From NCBI GenBank assembly GCA_963707655.1, contig OY970172.1:864001-928000 (forward strand): 64,000 nucleotides of DNA, in the 5' to 3' direction. Origin of the DNA: an uncultured bacterium. GTDB taxonomy: Bacteria > Babelota > Babeliae > Babelales > Vermiphilaceae. Positions 40,632 to 49,507 of this stretch are shown here, piece after piece. Both the position numbers and the translations under genes were made by a program. The notes under the pieces were generated by a model, which was not told where the DNA came from, made no database searches, and saw nothing but the letters and a program-made list of their open reading frames with translations. Numbering within the stretch: the first letter of the stretch is position 1; every line of letters starts with the position of its first letter.

Positions 40632-41222
40632 ATGAAATTATTGCTCATTTTCACTCTTGCTCCCTATTTTTTACTTGCTATGGACTCACCGCCGCCCACA
40701 TTTGATATTGCGCAATTTCTTCCAGATGAACGGCCGGTAACAAAACGCGCTGGCGATTGTACTCATCAAACCCCATCAACACAGCTTCTCTTAGATATGG
40801 CCGCAACAGACACCGTTGTTAAATATCAGACCGGCTCACCGCTGGCGCCAAGAACCTTTGACACATTGCCCTCTGTAGCAATAATCAAAAAAAATATAAA
40901 TGACTGGATGAATGATGAACGATTTCGTGCGCAATTGCCTGAAATCGTGGCCCAAGGCAAGCGACAACTGGGTGGCGGCACTGCCTGCTACAGATTCAGA
41001 GATGAGTGCGAAGACTGCGTATCCCTGACAGGAATTGCATTGACAAGCGGTCTCAGCTGCTTCATTTACTACTGCACTGGATCTTTGGGACTTGGCGAGA
41101 CTTTTTGCCTAGCCTCTTCCAGCGGTATATGTTATTGCCACGATAGAAGAAGTAAAAAACGCAATGACATTAGAAAAAAGTTAAACATTTTGATAGCCAC
41201 ACAGCAAGCCCGCGAGGTATAA
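40632..41222 (+). CDS. secreted hypothetical protein with Cys-rich hydrophobic C-terminal block
   Basis: MKLLLIFTLAPYFLLA|MD; hydrophobic segment followed by basic tail. Confidence 0.65.
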   Translation: MKLLLIFTLAPYFLLAMDSPPPTFDIAQFLPDERPVTKRAGDCTHQTPSTQLLLDMAATDTVVKYQTGSPLAPRTFDTLPSVAIIKKNINDWMNDERFRAQLPEIVAQGKRQLGGGTACYRFRDECEDCVSLTGIALTSGLSCFIYYCTGSLGLGETFCLASSSGICYCHDRRSKKRNDIRKKLNILIATQQAREV

Positions 41223-41233
41223 AGCTCTCTCTC

Positions 41234-43054
41234 ATGAATCGCATTAAACAATTATCAGTGCAGGAAGCGCAAAAAATAGCCGCCGGTGAAGTAGTAGAAA
41301 GACCAGCAAATATCGTTAAAGAATTGGTTGAAAATTCTATTGATGCACGCGCAACACAGATAAGCATTTATATAGAAGATGGCGGCAAGCAGCTTATTCG
41401 TGTTGTTGATAACGGTTGCGGCATGTCTGTGGAAGATGCACATCTGTGCTTTAAACACCATGCTACCAGCAAAATTACTTCTGTTGATGATCTGACCCAT
41501 ATTAACACTTTTGGCTTTCGCGGCGAAGCGCTCTCCAGTATCAGCTCGGTGAGCAGAGTTGCTCTACTCACTAAAGAGACAGAGAGCGAATTGGGTGTTT
41601 CATTATCACTTGAACAGGCAATAGTAACGCAAGAATCGCCCGTTGTTTGCGAACAGGGAACAGATATTACCATTGCCGATCTCTTTTACAATGTTCCGGC
41701 GAGAAAAAAGTTTTTAAAAACAAAAGAAACCGAATGGCGCCAAATAGTTACTTTGTTCGAAGCTTTTTGTCTGGATTACCATGCCATACACTTTAAATTA
41801 TTCTCTGAGGGTAAAATTGTTTTTAATTGTCCTGCAGTTTCTACAGTGCAGCAACGCGTAGTGCAGCTATGGGAACATACCTTTGCTGATCAAACAATCG
41901 CTCTTGATCCTGTTGCCCAACAAGGGGTGACTATAAGCGGTGTAATTTCATCTCATCAATATAACCGGTATGATCGCAATACGATTTTTTTCTTTGTAAA
42001 TTCACGCTGGGTTAAAAATTATAAATTAACGCAGGCGCTGCTTAAAGGATATTTAAATGTGTTGCCACAGGGCCGTTTCCCCGCTGCTTTCATATTTATT
42101 ACGCTTGACGGCGCACAGGTTGATATAAATATTCATCCGCGAAAAGAAGAAGTACAATTTCTGCACCCGCGCATTGTTGAGCAGATTATTACCCAGGCGG
42201 TTAAAAAAACATTGGAACAGCATTTATCTGCCTATTTAAAAACCGATGTGCAATTAACCCAGGCGCTGCCAATGCAGCCAACAGTGTACGAAGCACCACG
42301 GCCATTTGAAAAAATGCCGCCGCCTATGCCTTATTCATTTCAACCATACAAAGACGCTCCTCCTTTTATACCACAATCCTCCACGTCAATCTTTACTCCT
42401 GCATCTTTGCATCAAACTCTCTCTGTTGAGCAGGCTGTTGAGCAACAGGTAATCAAAGAAGAAACAGCAACAGAAGCATACCATTTGATTGGCCAATTGA
42501 ATGATACCTATATTTTGCTTGAAAAAGCTGACGGCCTTGCCATGATCGATCAACATGCGGCTCATGAGCGTGTTTTGTACGAATTATTTGCACATCGTTT
42601 TGCCGATGTCGCCACTATAGCACTACTTTTCCCTGCGATTATCAATGTTTCCCCGGAAGATCTACGCTCACTTGAGCCTCATTTGCCGATCCTACACAAT
42701 AGTGGCATTGATGCTGAAATCTTTGGGGACTGTCAACTTATAATCAAAGCGACCCCGGCGCATTTAAAAAACGTAAACATGCAGGAATTAATCAAACAAG
42801 TTATTGCTTGGGTTCATGAATTTCAACATGTTGACAAGGCACTGTTTTCTAAAACTATTAATGAAAAATTGCATGCACAAATGGCCTGCAAAGCCGCAGT
42901 AAAAGCGGGAGACACCTTGAGCAATGAACAGATGCATCAGTTGATTAAAGACCTTGAAAAGAGCGACAATCGCTTTACCTGTCCCCATGGTCGACCAACT
43001 ATCTGGTTTATTTCAACCTATGAAATAGAAAAAAAATTTAAAAGAAAATTATAG
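41234..43054 (+). CDS. mutL: DNA mismatch repair protein MutL
   Basis: IAAGEVVERPA, KELVENSIDA, HATSKI, GFRGEAL, DQHAAHER endonuclease motif, CPHGRP. Confidence 0.98.
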   Translation: MNRIKQLSVQEAQKIAAGEVVERPANIVKELVENSIDARATQISIYIEDGGKQLIRVVDNGCGMSVEDAHLCFKHHATSKITSVDDLTHINTFGFRGEALSSISSVSRVALLTKETESELGVSLSLEQAIVTQESPVVCEQGTDITIADLFYNVPARKKFLKTKETEWRQIVTLFEAFCLDYHAIHFKLFSEGKIVFNCPAVSTVQQRVVQLWEHTFADQTIALDPVAQQGVTISGVISSHQYNRYDRNTIFFFVNSRWVKNYKLTQALLKGYLNVLPQGRFPAAFIFITLDGAQVDINIHPRKEEVQFLHPRIVEQIITQAVKKTLEQHLSAYLKTDVQLTQALPMQPTVYEAPRPFEKMPPPMPYSFQPYKDAPPFIPQSSTSIFTPASLHQTLSVEQAVEQQVIKEETATEAYHLIGQLNDTYILLEKADGLAMIDQHAAHERVLYELFAHRFADVATIALLFPAIINVSPEDLRSLEPHLPILHNSGIDAEIFGDCQLIIKATPAHLKNVNMQELIKQVIAWVHEFQHVDKALFSKTINEKLHAQMACKAAVKAGDTLSNEQMHQLIKDLEKSDNRFTCPHGRPTIWFISTYEIEKKFKRKL

Positions 43055-44314
43055 CTCATTTTTATCACACAATAGCTTGTACCGCGCTGATTCTGGAGCA
43101 ATTTTTTTTGCAATTTTCAACGCAGAAGTCAAAGCACTTTCGTGTGAATCAATGTCATGAGTATATAACCCGGCCATCCACAGATTGTGTTGTCCCTGCA
43201 CAAGAGCGAGCTCTTGTTGCGCTTGAAAATATGCGGGCGTAATCTCTGCATGATAATAAGAATCAATAGAATACGTTGGTTCCGGTTGAGGGAACCCTGG
43301 CATGAGCCAACTGCGAAAGAGGGGAATAGTACTCCGCCACGGCTTGTGAGTGGTGAGTGTGCTATTTGTTCCGTCATACCAGACATTGGCAATCGACCAA
43401 TCGGCTTTATCTTTGGGCATAAAACGAGCATCGCCATGAATGGCTATCGTAGCATGAATATATTTGACTTTGTTTAATGCAGCACTCACCGCTGCAGATT
43501 CTGGTATCTGCTTTACAAGATCACGTGCTTCATGGGCATTTGTAGCGATAATGAGATGATCAACTACGTGTTTATTTCCGGCATCATCAACGAGTGTATA
43601 GTGGGTACCGTCATGAGCAATGGTATTTATTCCTGTTGAGGTATTTAACCCGCTGCGTCTTATCTGACCGACAAGGGCGGCAATGTAAGAAGAAACCCCG
43701 CCGGGAATTTCGTTCCACGGGCAACTTTGTAATCCCATTTTTTGATTATTAATTTCCCATGCCATAAGGTTGTAAGCAGAAAATGTTTTAAACATCTCGG
43801 GTGTTACTCCCCAACCGGAGCAAAAAATAGGAACAAAAAAATCATTTTTAAATGAATCGGTAAGCCACACGCTGTCCAAAAATTCTTGCAGAGTAGGAAC
43901 GGCGTTTTTTTCTTTTACCAAAGTCTTACTTTTGTTAAGAAGATACTTGAGTTGAAGCATGGTAAATAGTTTTGAAGGACCAAACATGTGCCAAAAAATT
44001 TTACCTTTACGAATTGGCGGCAACATATAGATGTTATTATCTTTTTCAGAAAAAAATGTGTAACTAAAAGGATATTCTTGTATGGGCACCTGCAAGATAT
44101 TTAATAGCCGCATGAAATGGGGAAACATTGCATTATTAAAAAATTCAAAACCTGTTTCTGCCGCAACAGATCCCTGAGGTGTTTTGACATAGGTAGTATG
44201 CGCATGGCCGCCAAGGCGATCACGCTTTTCAAAAAGAGTTACTTCATGTTCTTCGTCCAAAAGCCACGCTGCTGCAAGGCCGGCAATGCCGCCACCAATA
44301 ATGCCAACTTTCAT
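43049..44314 (-). CDS. FAD-dependent oxidoreductase (amine oxidase-like fold)
   Basis: VGIIGGGIAGLAAA, LFEKRDRLGGHAHT, HESALTSA. Confidence 0.85.
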   Translation of the reverse strand: MKVGIIGGGIAGLAAAWLLDEEHEVTLFEKRDRLGGHAHTTYVKTPQGSVAAETGFEFFNNAMFPHFMRLLNILQVPIQEYPFSYTFFSEKDNNIYMLPPIRKGKIFWHMFGPSKLFTMLQLKYLLNKSKTLVKEKNAVPTLQEFLDSVWLTDSFKNDFFVPIFCSGWGVTPEMFKTFSAYNLMAWEINNQKMGLQSCPWNEIPGGVSSYIAALVGQIRRSGLNTSTGINTIAHDGTHYTLVDDAGNKHVVDHLIIATNAHEARDLVKQIPESAAVSAALNKVKYIHATIAIHGDARFMPKDKADWSIANVWYDGTNSTLTTHKPWRSTIPLFRSWLMPGFPQPEPTYSIDSYYHAEITPAYFQAQQELALVQGQHNLWMAGLYTHDIDSHESALTSALKIAKKIAPESARYKLLCDKNEL

Positions 44315-44537
44315 ATTTTCCCCCTACATACTTTTGAAGTTACATAGGTACTCTAGCATGGCATGGTTTTTGAAATAAACAGTTTGCCTTTTAGCATAAG
44401 TGGTGCAATTCGAAAATTTTGACGTAATCATAAAAGAGCACTAGAATAACTCATCGCAATGTTTCAATTCTATTTCACACAGGATCTGATAGAGCAATTG
44501 CCATCGAGACAACAGAAAAAATAGAGTCGTATAGAAT

Positions 44538-46697
44538 ATGCTAAAAAAAATCTTCGCAATCATGGCGCTGGCAAAAATAACCAATCTTTCATTCAGCGCC
44601 GAGGACAGTTACTCGATCACGAGACAAATTGCCGCAAATAGCCAAATGGTTCTAGCTCGTGCAGAGAGCAATAGTTCCGCATCTGAGATACAATGGAGCA
44701 AATTGGTGTCTGCTTCACGGGTGCTCTCTGATATGGTAGCAGATCTAGGCGCCTCTGCACCTATCAATGTCGCTCCCCTAGAAACACTGCTGCCTACCGT
44801 TTCCACAACAACACGAAAAAATATCATGCAGCTGATTGAATCAAGTGATCGGAAAGACGCTCTTCTTAAACTCGACAACAAAGAACTAAAAGACCTGGCC
44901 CACGCCGCCCGCTTGCTGGAAATACCTGCAATCCTTGTCCCTTTAAGAGAAATATTGGCAGAACAACTGCAGGATCCAGACAATCACTGGCGCAAAGCAT
45001 TTGAAAAAAATCCACTGGATGTGATTAACGGATTAAGTAAGGCCGGTATTGATATGAGTGATACTGATTTGGGTTTTGCGCTCATACAGCCTCACCTGCA
45101 CGAATTATGGCGGCCGGCGAAGCAGCGTACTATTTTTGGCGCAAGACTCGCATTACTGAATCCTAACGGCACCATCTTGGCATCAGCATCAGATAATACG
45201 ATAGACATCTGCCATCTTCACACAGGCGAAACAAAACACATTCGTGCCGGTCGTCACATCACTAAATTATCATGGAGTCCCGATGGGACCATGCTAGCCT
45301 CAGCATCACGAGGTCACACGATACGCATCTGGGATCCTCAGACAGGTTTAACAAAGCATGTTCTCACTGATCCTGTATGTTACGGACTGAATCATCATCA
45401 CACAAGTGGAATCGCGTGGTTGAGATGGAGCCCTGATGGCGCCACGCTAGCCTCAGCATCAGACAACAATACGATATGCATCTGGAGTCGCGAAGGCCAA
45501 CTAGTGCATTCTATTGCTTGCCACACAGGCCCGATCTGGTCGCTAGAATGGAATTGCAATGGCACCACGCTCGCTTCAGGATCATCAGACAGCTCAATTT
45601 GTATCTGGGATTGCGAAGGTCACTCAGTGCAGTCCCTTGATAAACATACCGCCCCAATTAGCGCATTAATGTGGAGTCCTGACGGTGCCATACTTGCCTC
45701 AATATCGTCTGACGGAATGGTATGCATATGGGATCCTTATAAAAATCAACTACTGCGTACTTGCAGAACGAGCCATTATAACGGGAAATGGTTAGCGACA
45801 TGGAGTCGCGATAGTACTATGTTCGCATCAGGATCAAACAATGCGATACACGTGTGGCATCATCGGACAAACCAGCTATTTGATATCACCGCCACGAACG
45901 ACAGTTACCGGAATGAAGCAATCAGTCGCCTAACATGGAGCCATGATAGCACCATGCTAGCCTCAAAATCACATGGTGGCCTGATACGCATCAGGAGTTC
46001 CCGCACGGGCCAACTACTGCACACACTCGTTGATTGCAGCGGAACCTGCTCATTGGCATGGAGCCATGATAATACCACGCTTGCCGCAGGATCGGGGCAT
46101 ACAGTGCGTTTATGGGATTCACGCACAGGCAAAATATTACAGGTAATTGTTGACGCAGACTGCCACAGCTCAATCGATTCATTTGCATGGAACCCTGATG
46201 ATACCTTGCTTATCACCAAATCAACTGACAACACAGTGAGTACCTGGGATATGACTCCGCTACTCTTTGCTCATCGCGTCGCTGTGCTAGATTCTCTGGT
46301 GCTTCTTACCCTGTTGCAGCACCCGAAATGGTTAATAGGCAGCGAAAACCTTCAAGCCTCAGATCTGATCAAAAGTCTCCGTTGGGCCAAATTTGTGCCT
46401 ACCAAAACGAACACCATTACCGCACCAATGCTTTTCTCTGTTATTGCTGAGAATCAATATGAACAGAAGAGGCAAAAAATAGCGTATTGGTTGGAGCGTA
46501 CAAAGACAGACATAAACGCATTACAAGCACAACAAACAGAACCAGAGAGACTCAATCAATGTCGTCGTTTACAAGAAGAAGAGATAGAACTCAAACAAGA
46601 ATCGCAAAGAGAAAAAGAAGAATTACAACGCAGATTATATTCTCGAAATAATTCTCGAGAAGTCAATGTCACCCCATCTTCTTGCTCAATTTCATGA
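44538..46697 (+). CDS. secreted WD40-repeat protein with Skp1/BTB-like N-domain, coiled coil and C-terminal CaaX
   Basis: About 9-10 repeats of WSPDG..LAS.S.D.TI.IWD; signal peptide; ends CSIS*. Confidence 0.9.
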   Translation: MLKKIFAIMALAKITNLSFSAEDSYSITRQIAANSQMVLARAESNSSASEIQWSKLVSASRVLSDMVADLGASAPINVAPLETLLPTVSTTTRKNIMQLIESSDRKDALLKLDNKELKDLAHAARLLEIPAILVPLREILAEQLQDPDNHWRKAFEKNPLDVINGLSKAGIDMSDTDLGFALIQPHLHELWRPAKQRTIFGARLALLNPNGTILASASDNTIDICHLHTGETKHIRAGRHITKLSWSPDGTMLASASRGHTIRIWDPQTGLTKHVLTDPVCYGLNHHHTSGIAWLRWSPDGATLASASDNNTICIWSREGQLVHSIACHTGPIWSLEWNCNGTTLASGSSDSSICIWDCEGHSVQSLDKHTAPISALMWSPDGAILASISSDGMVCIWDPYKNQLLRTCRTSHYNGKWLATWSRDSTMFASGSNNAIHVWHHRTNQLFDITATNDSYRNEAISRLTWSHDSTMLASKSHGGLIRIRSSRTGQLLHTLVDCSGTCSLAWSHDNTTLAAGSGHTVRLWDSRTGKILQVIVDADCHSSIDSFAWNPDDTLLITKSTDNTVSTWDMTPLLFAHRVAVLDSLVLLTLLQHPKWLIGSENLQASDLIKSLRWAKFVPTKTNTITAPMLFSVIAENQYEQKRQKIAYWLERTKTDINALQAQQTEPERLNQCRRLQEEEIELKQESQREKEELQRRLYSRNNSREVNVTPSSCSIS

Positions 46698-46738
46698 AAA
46701 CTAGCAACGGCGAGCGCGCTAGACTTTAAATAAATAGC

Positions 46739-47317
46739 TTATTCTTGATTTTCTGAAAGCAAAAAGCGATAGATATCAACTTGAGCCAATCCAACAATGG
46801 GCTGCGTTATGATTTGACCAAAAATAATCAATTTGCCGAGTCCATTAATAATCCAGCTTAAAATGCGAAAAAGGATAAGGCTCAGGGTATAACCGCGAGT
46901 CACAGAAGCGCTTTTTTGTATTGCTTCGATAATGCCACAATTGCGATCGAGCATGAGCAGGATAACAAATTGCAAACGAGCAGCAAGAATAATGCCCGGT
47001 AGAATGAAAATATTGTTTGTATTTCAGCTTTGTCATAGTCATGGAGCTGGAGAAGAAATTTGCGCCAACCTATATGTATCGAAAAAATAAACAAACCGAT
47101 ACCGCATAATGCAGCAACAAGCAAGAGTCCACCGCCTAATATAGGGTAAGTAAAATTAAGAAGTCCACCACCGCGCGCTACCGATATAAAAGCCCCGGAA
47201 ATGGCGATAAAAAGCAGTGCGGCAATAATCCAAAGCACTGAGCAATATCAACCCAATGTGTTTCCAGACTGTTTTTGCACCATATTCAATTGATTGAGAT
47301 ATAGGTAATTTTTCCAT
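46739..47317 (-). pseudogene. disrupted multi-TM membrane protein
   Basis: ATG 47317 after AAGGA gives MEKLPISQSIEYGAKTVWKHIGLILL; the TM frame resumes out of frame near 47235, and the FILPGIILAARLQF... frame begins after a second shift near 47005. Confidence 0.7.
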
Positions 47318-47334
47318 AATAAATTCCTTTGATT

Positions 47335-47541
47335 TTAAAAATTATCTTTGCGGAAATTGTGCCAGTTCCTGTTCATAAAAATAAATGATGGGCGCCTGCG
47401 GAATGCAAAGCCATAGAAAAAGAGAGCCAAGCCAATTAACGCAAACAAAAGGCGGAGCACCAATTCGCCGGCGGCGTACAAAAATATCGCCAAACCAAGA
47501 ATACCAAGAAAGGTTCGAATAGATGATTCAGTGTGTGACAT
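47335..47541 (-). CDS. small two-TM membrane protein
   Basis: 68 aa, two hydrophobic helices and a basic tail; follows aspS. Confidence 0.6.
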   Translation of the reverse strand: MSHTESSIRTFLGILGLAIFLYAAGELVLRLLFALIGLALFFYGFAFRRRPSFIFMNRNWHNFRKDNF

Positions 47542-47575
47542 AATTCACATGCCTTCAATGTACATATTATGTTTT

Positions 47576-49345
47576 TTAATCTTTTTTTATCGGCGCCAGA
47601 CGCAAGCCATATTCTTTTAATTGATCAAGATCAACCGGCGTAGGTGCTTCCATCAGCGGATCATAACCACGCGCTGTTTTTGGAAACGCAATCACTTCAC
47701 GAATTGATGCCGCGCCGCACATAAGCATAATCAGGCGATCAATGCCCAGGGCGATTCCACCATGCGGCGGAAAACCGAGTTCTTGTGCTTCAAGCAAGAA
47801 GCCAAACTTCACTTGCACTTGCTCTTTACTCAATCCAAGCAGCGCAAAAACTTTATCTTGCACTGAGGAATCATGAATACGAATAGAACCACCGCCAAGC
47901 TCAACCCCGTTTAAGACAACGTCATAAGCACGCGCTTTCATAGCGGCAGGCTCGAGATTCTCCCACCCTGCTTGCGGGGAAGTAAATGGATGATGCGCTG
48001 CTTCCCAACGTTTTTTTTCTTCATCATACTCAAACAAAGGAAAATCAGTTATCCAGCTAAAATTAAATTCATGATGAGGAATGATATTAAGAACGCGACC
48101 GAGTTCAAGGCGTAATCTGCCCAGCAAGGTCCACGCCTCTTTGTATTGACCCGCGATTAAAAAGAGAGTGCTGCCATTTTTCACATCGGGAAACATTGTT
48201 TGCACTTGTTGATAAAAATCGTTCGGTAAAAAGTTAGCAACCGGCGATTCTACCGCTCCATCTTTGAAGCGCATCCAGAGCAACCCTTTTGCGCCAAACT
48301 GTTGCGCTTTGTTAACCAAGGCATCAAGCTCTGAACGAGTAAATTCTTTATTGTTAACATGCAAGAAACCAATCTTGCCGCCTTTGTCGAGCACAGCGCG
48401 CAAAAATTTTAGCTCAGTGTCTTTGAAGAGGGCAGTTGTATCGGTAATTGGCAAACCAAAACGCAAATCCGGCTTGTCAGAGCCGTAGGTTGACAATGCA
48501 ACATCATACGTCAAACGCTTAAACGGAACTTGAACGTCAACGTTAAAAACTTTTTTCCATATGCTGGCGAGTAAACGTTCAATAACACCCTGAATATCCT
48601 GCTCTTGAATAAAAGACATCTCCATATCAAGCTGAGTAAATTCGGGCTGGCGATCGGCGCGCAAGTCTTCATCTCTGAAACAACGCGCAATCTGAAAATA
48701 TTTATCCATACCGCTGGCCATAAGCAACTGCTTGTAGAGCTGTGGTGATTGCGGCAATGAATAGACGCTGCCATGATGAATGCGAGAAGGCACTAAAAAT
48801 TCGCGTGAGCCTTCCGGCGTATTCTTGGTTAATAACGGTGTTTCGATTTCGTAAAAATTTTCAGCATTTAACATTTCACGTATGGCAAAAACAACCTGGT
48901 GGCGAAGAGCAAAATTGCGCTGCATTTCTGGACGACGAAGATCAAGGTAGCGGTATTTTAATCGCAACTCTTCGTCAACCTGATCAGCCTCTTCTAAGAT
49001 AAACGGCAACCCTTTGGCCCTGTTTAAAATAGAAAGATCGCTCACTTGAAGCTCCCATTGACCCGTAGGCAATTCTTTATTGATTGTTGCGGCGGAGCGT
49101 TCTACTACAGTTCCTTCAATTGCGATAACATATTCTGAGCGAAGAGAATGAGCATCGGCATGCGCCTTTTGGGAGAAGACAGAGTTAAAAACGAGCTGCA
49201 TTAGGCCTGTGCGATCGCGCAAATCGATAAAAATAAGACCGCCATGATCGCGCCGACGCTGCACCCAGCCGGCTAATGTAATTTTTTGTCCTAAAAATTT
49301 ATCAGTTACCTGGCCGCACCCGGTGGTTCTTTTAAACCCTTGCAT
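47576..49345 (-). CDS. aspS: aspartate--tRNA ligase
   Basis: RRRDHGGLIFIDLRD, PQSPQLYKQLLM, ARCFRDEDLRADRQPEFTQLD, GGGSIRIH, PPHGGIALGIDR. Confidence 0.98.
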   Translation of the reverse strand: MQGFKRTTGCGQVTDKFLGQKITLAGWVQRRRDHGGLIFIDLRDRTGLMQLVFNSVFSQKAHADAHSLRSEYVIAIEGTVVERSAATINKELPTGQWELQVSDLSILNRAKGLPFILEEADQVDEELRLKYRYLDLRRPEMQRNFALRHQVVFAIREMLNAENFYEIETPLLTKNTPEGSREFLVPSRIHHGSVYSLPQSPQLYKQLLMASGMDKYFQIARCFRDEDLRADRQPEFTQLDMEMSFIQEQDIQGVIERLLASIWKKVFNVDVQVPFKRLTYDVALSTYGSDKPDLRFGLPITDTTALFKDTELKFLRAVLDKGGKIGFLHVNNKEFTRSELDALVNKAQQFGAKGLLWMRFKDGAVESPVANFLPNDFYQQVQTMFPDVKNGSTLFLIAGQYKEAWTLLGRLRLELGRVLNIIPHHEFNFSWITDFPLFEYDEEKKRWEAAHHPFTSPQAGWENLEPAAMKARAYDVVLNGVELGGGSIRIHDSSVQDKVFALLGLSKEQVQVKFGFLLEAQELGFPPHGGIALGIDRLIMLMCGAASIREVIAFPKTARGYDPLMEAPTPVDLDQLKEYGLRLAPIKKD

Positions 49346-49430
49346 ATCTCATTCCTTACATCTGGATAGTCATTCAAAATATCTATCACTATAGCATGCT
49401 TTTTTGCTTCTGATAACAGAAATATCCATT

Positions 49431-49462
49431 AAAAAGAGCACCTTTGTGAAGGTGCTCTTTTT
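49431..49462. terminator. intrinsic terminator (symmetrical)
   Basis: aaaaagagcacctt-tgtg-aaggtgctcttttt, downstream of the 49508 gene. Confidence 0.8.
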
Positions 49463-49507
49463 GAAAATCGATTCTGTGCTTTTTGCTTTAAATCAGTTTT
49501 TGCAGTC

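Noticed and set aside
45150..46250. Repeated DNA motifs (tggagtcc.gatgg, gcctcagcatca) as a mobile or repeat element
   Set aside because: Explained by the WD40 protein repeats within the ORF.
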